A DNA stretch of 63,827 nucleotides, the filler included, from Salisapilia sapeloensis CBS 127946 (taxonomy: Eukaryota; Protista; Oomycota): NCBI GenBank assembly GCA_023334545.1. It is 4 parts of 4 records of this genome, joined end to end, with 100 filler letters (N's around TTAATTAATTAA, not from the genome) between each part and the next. Parts side by side here need not be neighbours in the genome. Positions count along the whole stretch, not along the records: positions 25,655 to 52,442 come from JAADVB010000240.1; 3 more parts are not named here. One strand, 5' to 3'. A model generated the notes under the pieces. It was given only the letters and a program-made list of their open reading frames with translations. It had not been told where the DNA came from and searched no databases. The translations under genes and the position numbers were made by a program. Within the stretch, counting starts at the first letter, position 1; every line of letters begins with the position of its first letter. Positions 36,960-48,602 of the stretch are shown here, piece by piece.

Positions 36960-38972
36960 CTAGGTAGATTGACGTCCCCACTTCTTTTTAATCTGTCGGA
37001 GCTGGTACGCTACTTGCATCGCTGGAGGTCGTCGACTCGCATCAAAATGAGCGCACTGCAAAGCGATGGCAGCGACGTCCGGAGGACACCTGGGAGTGAA
37101 GAACGGCTGGAGGTCGCCCGTGGACACGCGCTGGACGACGACAACGTCCTGCATCCTACTTCCGTCCGCATGCGTCGCATCGTCGTATGGCGGCTTGCAG
37201 GTATCAATCTCCGACAGCACGACGCCGAACGAGTAAACATCGGCAGCTTCATTGTAGCGGCTTCCAGCTAGAACCTCGGGGGCGATCCACCTCGCTGTCC
37301 CGACGCCAGCTGTGAGTGTTTCGTCGACAGACCGCTGCTTACTGACGCCAAAGTCACTCAGCTTTGCTTCCATCTTTGAGTTAATTAAGACGTTTCGAGA
37401 TTTGAGATCGCGATGGATCAAAGGACGACTGAGAGAGTGGAGGTAGACGAGAGCGTCGGCAATGTCGATCGCAATGTTCATCTTGTCCGGATTCCACTCC
37501 AGCCTATAGCCCCCAGGCGCCGTCAGCAGACTCTTGAGGTCGCCCCGGTTCATGAACTCTGTGATCGCTTGGAGCGACAGTGCAGAGTACCACGATGCAC
37601 CGATGAAGCGGACGATCTTCGGGTGGTCCAGCTTTGACATCATCTTGATTTCCCTCGCAAAGGTCTCTGCGTCTTCAATGGTCCTCCGCTCTTGCAGCAG
37701 CTTCTTAATCGCCACCTGTTCACCAGCGTACGTCCCTAGCCAGACTTCGCCAAACGCTCCTTTTGACAACAACCTCTTCGCCTGGACTTCCCGGTTTTCC
37801 ACTCGCAGTGCAAGCAGTTCGCGATCACCCCACGTATCGGATCCCTGCTGGTCTGCAGTATTCCCCATCGTTGGCGACGTCGCTAAGCTGTACGCCCCCT
37901 CCTGTTTACTCCTTCGTCGTCTCATGCAAAAGCACGTGATAGCGATAATAACGAGTATTAAGATGCCGACGGGGATGGCGATGGCCAGCACAAGTGTGTA
38001 GTCGCCACCGTTATCAGGGACCTCGGGTGTCTGGACGCAGACGGCACTGCCGTGTGTCGTTTTCGGTTCGTGGGTGTCTCCACAGTTGTCGGCAGTAGAT
38101 GGCATGGAAAAGGTGGACAAGTCAGTTAAAAACTGGTACTGCTCCTCTGAAAGCTGGACGTTGTTCAGTCCACAGTCTTCGAGGTAGACCTCCTTCAAGC
38201 TTTTCATGCCGAAGATGACGGATGGAAAAGTATTGAGCGGGTTGCTCGTCAGATTCAGCACCTCCAGCTTTGGGATGTCTAGATCGAAGGACTCCATCAG
38301 ATTACCTCCTACATCCAGTTTCGTCAACGCATCCATGACAAAGGCATCCGGCGGTAAGTCTGTCAGGTCGTTCTTAGACAAGTCCAGCGTTCCTAGTGTC
38401 AAATCCTTCAGTTGCGGCGGAACGTCCGCCAGCTTTGCATTCGACAGCATCACGTCCGTCCAATTCTTGGGGAACGTCACGATGTTGCTGATGATTGGCG
38501 ATAGATCCACGTCTCGGATGTGGAAGGTCTGGACCGTATCGGGCGTGTCGAAGAAGGTCGTATCGAGAGAGATGCTCTTGCTCTCTCCTTTCGCCAGACT
38601 GTATCGTTCGCTCGAAATGAGCTCGACTGTGTCGACCTGGGTGTCGTAGTAGGTGAAATTAATGTCGTGGATAGCAGTCAGCGGCGCTGCGACATAGTCA
38701 TTTCGCCGACTAAAGTCATCAAAGACAATTCCCCACTTGGAACTCTCTCTCACGATTGCAAACATGCACTGAAACTCAATCTCGCACGTGCCTGTCGTGC
38801 CCGGAAAGGTGTCGTAGCCTGCTTCCGTGTAGCAGTCATCCCCAGTGCTGGTAGATGTGCATTCTAGTTTCCTCTTGGGCGAGTAGAGCATGCAACTCGC
38901 CTTGCTGCAGGTGACGGTTGGGCAGTCTTTGCTCGTGAGTAGTATCTCCTCCACGTCTTCGCAGTCCTCCAT
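36960..38972 (-). CDS. LRR receptor-like kinase of the TKL group; 5' end and signal peptide uncertain
   Basis: Cys-rich N-terminus, about 5 LRRs, TM helix LVLAIAIPVGILILVIIAITCFCM, and an intact kinase (GAFGEVW, VAIK, HRDLKSRN, DFG, APE). Confidence 0.88.
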   Translation of the reverse strand: MEDCEDVEEILLTSKDCPTVTCSKASCMLYSPKRKLECTSTSTGDDCYTEAGYDTFPGTTGTCEIEFQCMFAIVRESSKWGIVFDDFSRRNDYVAAPLTAIHDINFTYYDTQVDTVELISSERYSLAKGESKSISLDTTFFDTPDTVQTFHIRDVDLSPIISNIVTFPKNWTDVMLSNAKLADVPPQLKDLTLGTLDLSKNDLTDLPPDAFVMDALTKLDVGGNLMESFDLDIPKLEVLNLTSNPLNTFPSVIFGMKSLKEVYLEDCGLNNVQLSEEQYQFLTDLSTFSMPSTADNCGDTHEPKTTHGSAVCVQTPEVPDNGGDYTLVLAIAIPVGILILVIIAITCFCMRRRRSKQEGAYSLATSPTMGNTADQQGSDTWGDRELLALRVENREVQAKRLLSKGAFGEVWLGTYAGEQVAIKKLLQERRTIEDAETFAREIKMMSKLDHPKIVRFIGASWYSALSLQAITEFMNRGDLKSLLTAPGGYRLEWNPDKMNIAIDIADALVYLHSLSRPLIHRDLKSRNVLINSKMEAKLSDFGVSKQRSVDETLTAGVGTARWIAPEVLAGSRYNEAADVYSFGVVLSEIDTCKPPYDDATHADGSRMQDVVVVQRVSTGDLQPFFTPRCPPDVAAIALQCAHFDASRRPPAMQVAYQLRQIKKKWGRQST

Positions 38973-39590
38973 CGCTTGACTGGATTACAAAACTAGGAAA
39001 TTTGTGGTTGCTCCAACAGTCATGGGATAGGAAGCGGGTTGTCTTATTTCCCTAAGCGGGTGTTTCGTGCGACAAACGCACGACGTGTCAAGACCACTGT
39101 ATGACAGGTGCCAATCCAGTCGCAGCGAAATCAAGTTGGATAGGTAGTGCGTCGTAGTAACAACGCGCCTTCCGTCATAAAGGCAGAGTAGCAGATGCTA
39201 TCCAGAACGAGCTACGCCTGAGTTACTTTCTGTGTGCTCTCGACACAAGTCTTTCGAATTTGATTGGGATAACTCAGGCTACAATCGCATCTCATGCTCT
39301 CTTACGCTTCGCACCCGTGGCTTTTCGTAGTTAACCCACGTTTGCAGGATCATTTACAGATTGAACCTGCCTACTATTTACCTTTTCGACTGTGATCACC
39401 ACCTCGCTAGCTCTATCTGTCCCTCCTTCTCCGCTCAAAGCATAACTAACTAGCTTGATCGAGTAAGACACACGAAAAGTGATTTTCGGCACTCGCCTCA
39501 TGACCACTGCTCCGTATACTTTATTCAAGTCAGAGAGCAGGTGGGTTCACTTTCCACCGACTCTCGACTCGAGACATTCCTAGTCTAAGT

Positions 39591-40877
39591 ATGCGTCGAC
39601 AAGGCAATCGCAACGACGACCTCGCGCTAACTCCGAATTACGCCCAGCCGTTGCTGTCTTCAGACTTATCTGCAGAGTGGCAAGGTGCACGCGTAGATAG
39701 CATGGCCGACCCTTCCGCCGTCGTCTCGGTCTGTGCCGCATCGGCTAGAGGCCTTCGCCCACTGCACAAGAACTTTACCTCACACACCATGGTCGAAGTG
39801 TCGCTCGTGCCCAATCTCTCGGGTAACAACATGCCGCCAGAAAAAGCAAGCGCCCTTCCTCAGCGCACCAAATCGTTCGCAAACATGTCCAGCAGTCACA
39901 ATGCCCAGGCCGTGGCTAGCTTTAAGTCGGAGGTTGTCAAGAGCTCATTGAATCCGATTTGGGAACTCAACGCGGACTTTGGTGAGGTGGACGCAGCCAC
40001 AGTCTCGGGCGTGCGCTTCGTCGTCCGCCATATTGAGAAAATGGGCTTTATCAAGAAAGACCTTGGCATTGCCCAACTGTCGCTCCGAGACATCTTTGAG
40101 CTACGACAGGTACCTTTACGTTTCAACTGTACACATATGTATATCTGAACGATGTCTTGTAGATGGCTCCGGAAGAAAGGGAGTATGCGCTGGAACCTAC
40201 GATGGAAATGCGATCACATGGCATGGTAAGCTCTCTCTCTCTCTCGTACTTTGACTTGTCTGACGGGTGTCAAACAGGATGCAAACAGAAACTGCGGCTC
40301 TATCTTTATACGCTATAACCAGTACGGCATCACAGGTGACCAGCGAAAGCAGTCGACAGAGTCCATGCCTGCGGGTCTCGGACATGGCCTGAGCCAATCC
40401 GTGCCCAACCTCAGCAACAACACGATGGTGGCCCACGAGGACGATTTTAGCCGCAGCCTGTGTGTCATGAAGAACGACGTTCGAGCCGAGTTCCGGAAAC
40501 TCAAGTCTGTGCACCGGACGACGCCGCTGCCTGGTCAGACGTGGTACGCAGTGGAAGCGGGTTGGATTGCCAACTGGCTCTGCTTCGTGACCAAGCACAA
40601 GGGAAAGGAAGCCTTCCACCCAGGCCCGGTCGACAACATGCCTCTGATTTCCGACGCACCCGCGGATGGTACACTCCAGGTGCGGCAAGGTCTGTCGATC
40701 AAGCGCGACTTTCGTCTGATCAACAAGGAGAGCTGGCGACTGTACAAGGACAACTACGGCGGCAGTCCTGAAATCGAGGTAGCTATTCCAGAGGACTGTG
40801 TCGACACGGACCAGTTTATCGCCGAGATGGACTTGTATGACGTCGCGCGTGTGAGTACGTCGTACTGCACTGCATGA
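39591..40877 (+). CDS. C2 domain + DUSP domain protein (multi-exon; 3' end may extend by a short exon)
   Basis: C2-like SEVVKSSLNPIW...LGIAQLSL in exon 1; introns near 40110-40162 and about 40225-40278; DUSP signature WYAVEAGWIANW...PGPVDN...L...DFRLINKESW...YGG. Confidence 0.72.
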
Positions 40878-41065
40878 GAGAAATTGACATTGCTAAACTA
40901 AGGAAATCTGAGGTATCTTGCCAACGTGGTTGCTTGTTGTATTAAAAATGACAGGTTTCTGTACCTAACGGAAGAGAAGACGCAGGTGGGTTGAACCCAC
41001 CCACAACTGACTTGAGAGGGACATAAGCCATCAGTCACCACTCGGCCTTCCTCCCCACAACGCCC

Positions 41066-42154
41066 ATGCAGCCTCTTCTACCGCTTTTCACTGTATTTGG
41101 CCTGCTTGCTGTATCCGTCAATGGGCTACAGTCCAATCCGACGGCCGATGGCAAGTATACGTACTGCTGGCACATTGATCAGCCGCCGAGCGTCAGCGAG
41201 CTATCACAATCCGACAAGCTGTCCATGCACGAAGGCGACGATTGTCCTATGGTCATGACGGTCGAGCTGTCTAATGACACCATGTACGCCTTTGACTCGG
41301 TCAAGGTCAAGTGGACCGTCCAAGCAGACTTTGACCCGTCCAAGGAACTTAATCAGACCAAACTCTCGTACGGGAAAGACTCCAAGGGCAGAGTAGCGCA
41401 GATCGTCCACTCCAACATCCACTCGTGCATCCTGGGCACCGGATGCGACCCGTTCGAAGACGGAGAAGAGCTCGAAGACAAGACCTCGAACAAGATTGCC
41501 AACATGACGTCGGACGGGTCTGACTTTGAAGACGTGCTTTTGTACACCAACCCAGGACACTACTCTGTACTAGCGCACATCATCACGCCTGATGCGAGCA
41601 ACAAATCCCGCCAGTACGCCTACGCGGTCTATACCAAGCTATTGGTTGAACCCAAGAGTGCGAAACCGTCGGAGACTACGCCAGAACCCACTGCCAGCGC
41701 CACTGTCGACACAGCAGAAGAAGACGACGAGAGCGGACTGTCCACAGGCGCCTTGGCCGGCATCATCGTCGCGTGCGTCGTCGCTGTCGCTGCGCTCGTC
41801 GTCGCTGTCTTTGTTCTGCGTAGACGGAAGCGATCCGATCCGAATAACAACTACGTTCCGCCACCTGCCTACGACGAAGCAATGCAAGGAACTGCCAAGG
41901 ATGGCGGATACGGCTATCCGTCAGCGCATACCGTGGACACGAACTCGTCTGCTTTCCAGAGCGCGTGGGGAGGACCGAGCCAAGGCCCTTACAACACGAA
42001 CGACTCTGCCAACTCGAACGCCATGGCATCATCCAACGTTTTGGATTCAAACCACACCAAGCCAGGCCAATCTCTTGGTACCTACTCTGAAGCTAGTGGA
42101 GGCATGCGGGAAAGCAATCGGCCGAAACGCACGGATAGTGACATTGAACTGTGA
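41066..42154 (+). CDS. Single-pass type I membrane protein (receptor-like, no kinase), paralog 1
   Basis: Signal peptide, Cys-containing ectodomain, Ser/Thr/acidic stalk, TM ALAGIIVACVVAVAALVVAVFVL followed by RRRKR, and a disordered tail with PPAY. Confidence 0.8.
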   Translation: MQPLLPLFTVFGLLAVSVNGLQSNPTADGKYTYCWHIDQPPSVSELSQSDKLSMHEGDDCPMVMTVELSNDTMYAFDSVKVKWTVQADFDPSKELNQTKLSYGKDSKGRVAQIVHSNIHSCILGTGCDPFEDGEELEDKTSNKIANMTSDGSDFEDVLLYTNPGHYSVLAHIITPDASNKSRQYAYAVYTKLLVEPKSAKPSETTPEPTASATVDTAEEDDESGLSTGALAGIIVACVVAVAALVVAVFVLRRRKRSDPNNNYVPPPAYDEAMQGTAKDGGYGYPSAHTVDTNSSAFQSAWGGPSQGPYNTNDSANSNAMASSNVLDSNHTKPGQSLGTYSEASGGMRESNRPKRTDSDIEL

Positions 42155-42382
42155 GAAATACAAACTTTATGCTACTTCATCATTTGACACCTCATCGTGC
42201 ATGTGGCGGACGGTGGTGTAACAAGGGGCTTGGTCTTTGTTGGTCGATGAATCAACTCGTACCGACTCGTTGTCTTGTCGCGAATGCGAAACGGGTGTTG
42301 CGGGCACGACATGGGTCAGAATCTCCTTCTTACTTACGCCAGAGGTTCTGTCTCGTGAGCCTTTATTTTTCAATTCGAAGCG

Positions 42383-43922
42383 ATGGGAAGGCATCGACAG
42401 TACCGCTTCCCCCAGTGGAAGCTCTGCCTCATCGCTGTTTTCCTGTCAATCATCCCGTCGCTCGTAGCAGCCCGTCAGCAAGGTACCCACTATCCTGTCA
42501 AGTCGCATTGTCTCCATTCTTATTCTTCTGAGAATAGCTTTTACGTCCGATGGAGACACGACTTACTGCTGGAAAACGGACCTATCCGTCTACGCCTCAT
42601 CCTTGAGCTCTACCACGAAAATCCAGACAGCGTCCGGGAAGGACTGTCCGGTCCAAATGGCCATGGACTTGTCCGACTCGTCCGTCTTTGTAGATCAAGC
42701 GCTCACAGTCAGGTGGGAAGCTACGCTGCAGACGGATGCGGACGGTGATCTGGAAGACAACGACTTTAATCTGAACGAGACGTACACGACGGAAGACAGG
42801 TTCTCATCGGACACCGTGCAGATCGTCAAGGCATTCGTGCAATCGTGCGATGCCAATAGTCCCTGTGACGTCATACAGAACACACCGGAGCTGACTACCA
42901 AGCCGGCGGGCTCGCGGCCCCAGTCTGGGAACTTTAGCACTAGTAACCATGCTGTCACCTTCTCACAGGACAAAGTTACTTTTGGTCAGGAAGGAGAGTA
43001 CCTCATCATTGCACACATAGTGCTTCCAGGCGAAGATGCGACTAAAGACAGATACGACTACGCAGTCTACTCCTCGGTGACGGTCAAGGAGCGGGTGTCA
43101 ACCGAGACGTCCGCTTCGAATAGTTCCGATAGCGACAACTCGGACGGCGGTGGTCTTTCGACCGAAGTCATCGCTATCATCGTCGTCGTCTGTATCGTCC
43201 TGATCGCTGTCGCGATCGTTGGATTCTGTGTCATGTCCAGACGCTCCGGCAGTGGCCCCGAGAAAACTTCGCACAAGTTCCCAGAGCCCGGCCACCTCGC
43301 AGGAAGCACAATGGACGACGAAGACGAATTCGCGGTGCTCGGCAACGAAGGCAACCCATCTTTGCTTCGCGACAACTCTTTAGCAAGTACAGTTCGAATG
43401 CCACCCCCTCGCCCTAGCGCGTTCCTCAATCCGAGAGTACCTAGCTCAACCGAGTTGAACTCCGCCACATTCTACCCTGGCACTTCAAGGTCTGGGGACG
43501 ACCATCAGACGCAGTTTTACCTGCAGCACTCCACGCGTAACCAGCCGATGGAGAATAGCGTCATCTACGGTAATGATTCGTCAGGGCATGATCATGCTTC
43601 CATGTTCGATAAGGGTTCAAGTCGGAGACTTAGTGGCATGCACAATGGTCCATCTCATTCAGCCCAAAGCCAGCCTGCCTATCTTGGCCAGCACCCAAGT
43701 AGCAATGGAGACGCATGGGGATGGCGCTCGAACGCAAGTGGTCGCAAGAAGAACCCACCACGATCGCAGCATCTCTACACCCGCGAAGATGAAGACTCCT
43801 TCTCGGATTTACAGGCATCCCACGTGGTCGTTCAAACAGCTCCGCAAGATGCGGAAAGCACTGTTGGAGATCCTCTCGACTTGTCAGACTTGGTGTCGAC
43901 GAATCGAACGGCCATGCTGTAA
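42383..43922 (+). CDS. Single-pass type I membrane protein (receptor-like, no kinase), paralog 2 (2 exons)
   Basis: Signal-peptide exon 42383-42482, GT-AG intron 42483-42537, then AFTSDGDTTYCWKTD...DCPVQM matching paralog 1 (TADGKYTYCWHID...DCPMVM); TM VIAIIVVVCIVLIAVAIVGFCVM. Confidence 0.8.
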
Positions 43923-44874
43923 CCTGATCACGGAAGCGAGAAGCAGTATGTATTTACTTGGACAAATCCAGTCTAAGCGAGATAGGTCGACCTTTTACCC
44001 CATTTATAGATTCGAACAAGTCTTCCTGTAGTTAGTCGTAAGAAGCTTAAACGTTCTCATCTCACTTGCGCTCGTATACTTTACCACTTCTGCAGTATCT
44101 TGTATCTGAAAAGGCTATATCGTTCAATGCATTGAGCATATGCAGATAGCGGTCTTTCACGGCAGAACGATTCTGCACTGGATTCCAAGTGCAGTTTAAA
44201 GAAACCCTGCTTTTTAAATCAATTGAAGCTTTTAAAGAAACCTAGCATGCGATCAAGAAAAAACAAAGATCGCTACTCTGCTTCGATGCTTATAAAGCAC
44301 CCAACTTCATACTTTCCCTTGTCTTGGGCAGCACACCTCTTATGGATCATAAAATGCACAGAAACTCGTAAAAGACGCAATGAATTGAAGCACTTCCCGA
44401 CGAACTATAAACTAATTCCTGATCATCACTTCGCTTGCTTGTCCGAAGCACTTTGATTACTTTTTTATCCGTTAGTACCGTGTATGGGTCATTACTCATT
44501 GCGCCAATCAAATGACGCCTTTGCGGTAACCTCAACTTTTTAGACTTCAACTCTATCTTCGTCGACACCATATCACCAAACTTTTTAATGCTATAGTACG
44601 GGAGTTTCAGGGGAGAGATCTTAATGTAAGCTGGACTTGAAGTGCTGTTTTGTACAACGAATATACGAGATGACATACGAGGTTGTTCTGATTGACAGAC
44701 AAGACTACCTGGTGCTTGCTTCTGACGGACTAGATGGGAAGTAGACACCACAAAACTTCGGCGTGAGACTAAATGTGCTTGATTCGCTAAGGTACGCTGC
44801 CCAGTCTTCAGTCTACGCGAGATCAAATTTAGCGAAAGGTACTTACCGAGATCGTGCCTGTAAAGGAAGGCACA

Positions 44875-46383
44875 ATGGACTACAGTCAGTTCATTGAACA
44901 CGGTGCTAAGCTAAGAGAAGTATATCCGGAGCTCATGCGCTTATTTACGCCAGCTGCATCCTTGAAGAAAGCACTGGATATTATCCTGAGTCCTTCTCAA
45001 GACGATGCCAAGACGCGCGCTGCTGAGCTTGAAGATTACTTTCTAAGCCAGGCTAACAAGAGAAGTCCTCTCCAGGTACGCAAAGCACGGGACAGCTACA
45101 AGAAACTGGCGAAAGAAAATCGAGCCAAGAAACGATGGCGCTATGGTGGCACGCTAACACCAGCGGGGAAAGATCGACTGATGGAGCATATTCACAAGTT
45201 GCGCACTTGCGAGGATCCAGCTTCGTACCAGCTTATTGCCGAAGTCACTGGCATTCCACATTACTCTGTACGATCGTGGTATCTAACGTGGCAGAATAAT
45301 CACAGGAAGGATGAACAGGAAGCGCTGAAAGGCCAAGATTACATGGCTGACTATGCCTTCAATAATGCCACGAACGAGATGCAAAAGACGAAGGAAGCCA
45401 CAGGAAACCGTTCGCATGATGAGGATGATGTTGAAGTCGAAAATAATGAAAACGATGAAAGCACTCTTCTCTTCAACAGCAACAGCGACGAGGAAAAGGC
45501 TCAAAATGTTTTGCTTCTAGGGTCAAACTATGAATACTTGCCAAGCTACGAAGACAATGTCGCCGTGTTCAAAGCAAGTCCAGCCTACCAAACACTAGAG
45601 CGCAGGGTAAATCGATGCGAAGCACTCATGGCGGAACTTCGCCAAGTTGCACGTGCGTTCGGAATTGAGCTCGATTTTCAATCGTCTAGACCGTCCTGGA
45701 CACTGCAGCCGAGCGTACTGTACCCAGATACCTCGGACAATGCGCTTTTGTATGTTAAATCAGAATGGGAGGGGTATTTGGAGCAAATGGAGCGGGAGAT
45801 CAATGAAGCGGCAGACGACATTCGACCCAAAAAACCAGATATTGACGCGTTCATTGATTCCTTCAAGGGCCCTGCAACTCGAGCTCCCTGCACGACAGCT
45901 AAAGCAACGCATGCCGGTGATAGAAAACGTCTTCGAAATGCTGGAAAGTCTGATGACCGTCGTGTAGCGAGAAAAACGGGCGAAGATTTGATCAAGATCA
46001 GTAATTTTAAGAAGATGCGCCGTGAACTTGGATCCCTATCCGACAGTGAACTCTGGGAGTTGAAGCTATTAAAGGACAAATACGACACAACGAAGCGAAC
46101 ACTTACCGATGCAGAGCTACTCGAGTACAGAGTGCGTGCAGAAGCTGGTGCCAAAAAGCGAAATAAGTCCATCCGTACTGATAAGCATCGTCGTCAAAGG
46201 CATGAAGAATACTTGGAGATGCTTCGTTTGGCATTCTCGATCAACTCAAAGGATCTGACCCAAGACATGATCGGGAGAATAACGGGTGGTGATGTCGCAA
46301 CAGTGAAAGCCCAGAAAAGAAAAGTCAAAGAAGTCTTAGAACTGATAGTTGGTTCCGATGCTGCTGAGGAGGCATCTAGCTAA
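44875..46383 (+). CDS. Orphan intronless protein with a divergent homeodomain/HTH-like segment
   Basis: About 500-aa open frame (ATG MDYSQF at 44875) between AT-rich flanks. Segment TLTPAGKDRL...IAEVTGIPHYSVRSWY resembles homeodomain helices 1-3. Confidence 0.55.
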   Translation: MDYSQFIEHGAKLREVYPELMRLFTPAASLKKALDIILSPSQDDAKTRAAELEDYFLSQANKRSPLQVRKARDSYKKLAKENRAKKRWRYGGTLTPAGKDRLMEHIHKLRTCEDPASYQLIAEVTGIPHYSVRSWYLTWQNNHRKDEQEALKGQDYMADYAFNNATNEMQKTKEATGNRSHDEDDVEVENNENDESTLLFNSNSDEEKAQNVLLLGSNYEYLPSYEDNVAVFKASPAYQTLERRVNRCEALMAELRQVARAFGIELDFQSSRPSWTLQPSVLYPDTSDNALLYVKSEWEGYLEQMEREINEAADDIRPKKPDIDAFIDSFKGPATRAPCTTAKATHAGDRKRLRNAGKSDDRRVARKTGEDLIKISNFKKMRRELGSLSDSELWELKLLKDKYDTTKRTLTDAELLEYRVRAEAGAKKRNKSIRTDKHRRQRHEEYLEMLRLAFSINSKDLTQDMIGRITGGDVATVKAQKRKVKEVLELIVGSDAAEEASS

Positions 46384-47507
46384 TTGCCGGACTGCTAAGC
46401 ACTTATTTGTTTTAACGACGTATGTGTTCCTTGAGTTGTGGTTGTGTTCAAATTGCTTAAAGAGCGTATGCTACTATAGCTGTTGTGGATCAGGATGAAT
46501 AAAACAAAGGGATGTCGCCTTGTGATGTACAAAATATAATGCAAGCATATCGCCATGTAATTATATGATGCTTACGAATATTTCTGGGCAAAGCTAACGC
46601 CCAAGTACGGCTCACTAGCAATTAGGCAGCAATGGCAGGAATATAGCATGTAGATATGCTACCAGGTACTCCATCTTGGGCTGCTCGATCCAAGTTTCTA
46701 ATATTTTACTTCTGAGCCATATACGAAAAGGTATTGCATGTCAATGACAAAATATTGTTCACTGATCTTGTTGTCTATAACGACAGCTCGGAAGGATGTA
46801 TATAGTAAGTGAAACAAAAAGATGTGTCTTCTGTATGTGGCTACAGTGTGAAGCAAGAGATACAAAGAAGTACATGAGAGAAAGTTGTTGTCACTATCAC
46901 ATTCTGTAAATGAGTGCATAATGATTAATTGGACACACAAATATAGCAAATCATCCCACGCGAATCAATTTTGTTCTTGGAATGAGATTACGCAAAGTGT
47001 TAGCTTTTGGTAATGCCATTTGAGCTAAATCCAACATAAGACTTCCCCTCAATTAGACCAAAGATGGTTCGCGCTGTAAGAACAGTATTTGCAGTCGCAA
47101 ATCTTGGAGCTGGCTGTATGCATTGATCAGAAGTGTGTCCTAGTTTTTGAAGGCTAAACTAAATAAGTTGCACAGATGCACATCATCGAAAGCACTTCGA
47201 TGGTACAAGCAGATCAATAGCAGTTCGAGGTTCAGTGTTTACACTGGACGTCACACAAACAACCACACCGGGATATCTGCACGTAGGAACACCGATTGCT
47301 GTCTATCCGTCGTGCTACACTTGGCATGGCAACACGACTTCCGACTACTGTCCTCTCCAAGCGATTGGAAATGTCATTGAAGTGGGCTTGAAGACCGAGT
47401 CTACACCGGCCCATAATACCAGCGCTTTATACTTCACTTTACTTTAAAGTATATTGGGCTTAATTATACAAGACAGACTGCTGGACACGAAACTTGGACA
47501 GAAGTCG

Positions 47508-48540
47508 ATGAGTGCAGCGATGACCTCGAAGGCAGTAAATGACGATGAGTTGGAGCAGAACTGGGAAGCTGAAGACGTCCAGATTTCCGACAATGAAAGC
47601 GTAGTTTCTGCTGGGAGCGAAGATGAATTTATGGAGGACCAGGACGTGGAGCTAGCAACTGCCAAGCGCTCACGCGATGCTGGCGAGGACGAGGACATGC
47701 CTTCGGATGATGAAGCTCCTTCGTCCAGCAAAAAGCAAAAGACCAGCCCCGCTAACTCTGTCAAGGTATTTGAGCATACATAGGTCACTTCGTACAATCT
47801 CTCACCGTTGCTGGATGGAATAGTCGAATGACAAAGGGCTCCAGAAGATGACGCCAGCAGAGCACTTTGAGATTGTGAACAAAGCCTACATCAAGAATCG
47901 AGGTGGCCAATTAACCATCTTGGAAGCATCTGAAGGACTCGAAGGTTGCCTATTTCCTACATGCCCTCGTGTACCAAGAACTAATCGTCTTGGATAGAGT
48001 CCCATTTCGTTGTGCCGACTGGCCTTGGAAAGCACAATTTAGACCAACTCCCTCTGTATATACGTCACGTGCGTCCGAGCTGGAAGAATGATTTTTACGG
48101 CAAAGGTATCAAGAAGGACCGAAGTCCTTACTTTCTCATCCTGTGTTCGTCAGCCGTACGTGCCACGGAGATCATCAAGTACGTTGCTTCTGGTATCAAT
48201 GATATCGTGAACTAACAACTTTCCTCCTAGACCGTTAAGCGCATTCAAGTGCAAAATAGCAAAACTCTTCGGGAAGCATCTCAAAGTGTCGGAACAAAAG
48301 GAAGCGCTCCAGATGTACCACCCGATCGCAGTGGGGACGCCTGGTCGAGTCAAGAAGCTGCTGGAGACGGAAGCTCTGTCCTTGCAGCACACGTCCCACG
48401 TCATCCTCGACATGGCTCGGGACAAGAAGACCCTGACGATCCTCGACCTGAACGACACCGCACCAGAGGTCTCGGACATTCTGCACTACTACCTGCTCCC
48501 TCGTCTTCGAGCGAACAAGACCAAGCTGCTATTGTACTAG
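47508..48540 (+). CDS. CMSS1: CMS1/CMSS1 90S pre-ribosome factor (degenerate DEAD-like domain; multi-exon)
   Basis: Acidic N-terminus; LILCSSAVRATEI, AKLFGKHLKVSEQ and IAVGTPGRVKKL...HVILD motifs. Confidence 0.8.
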
Positions 48541-48602
48541 GCCAAATGAATAGACAGGGTAGGAATAATGCACTCTATGTTCGTCTCTTTACTTGCATCG
48601 AG

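Noticed and set aside
29500-43950. Higher GC and few introns compared with contig 1, suggesting contamination or a large horizontal island
   Set aside because: The block includes typical oomycete genes with spliceosomal introns, and contig 1 also has a GC3-rich gene (the IF1-like one). Codon bias explains it without invoking a second organism.
44347-44901. 184-aa minus-strand ORF upstream of the orphan gene
   Set aside because: Alternative start codon, no motif, composition unlike neighbouring coding sequence.
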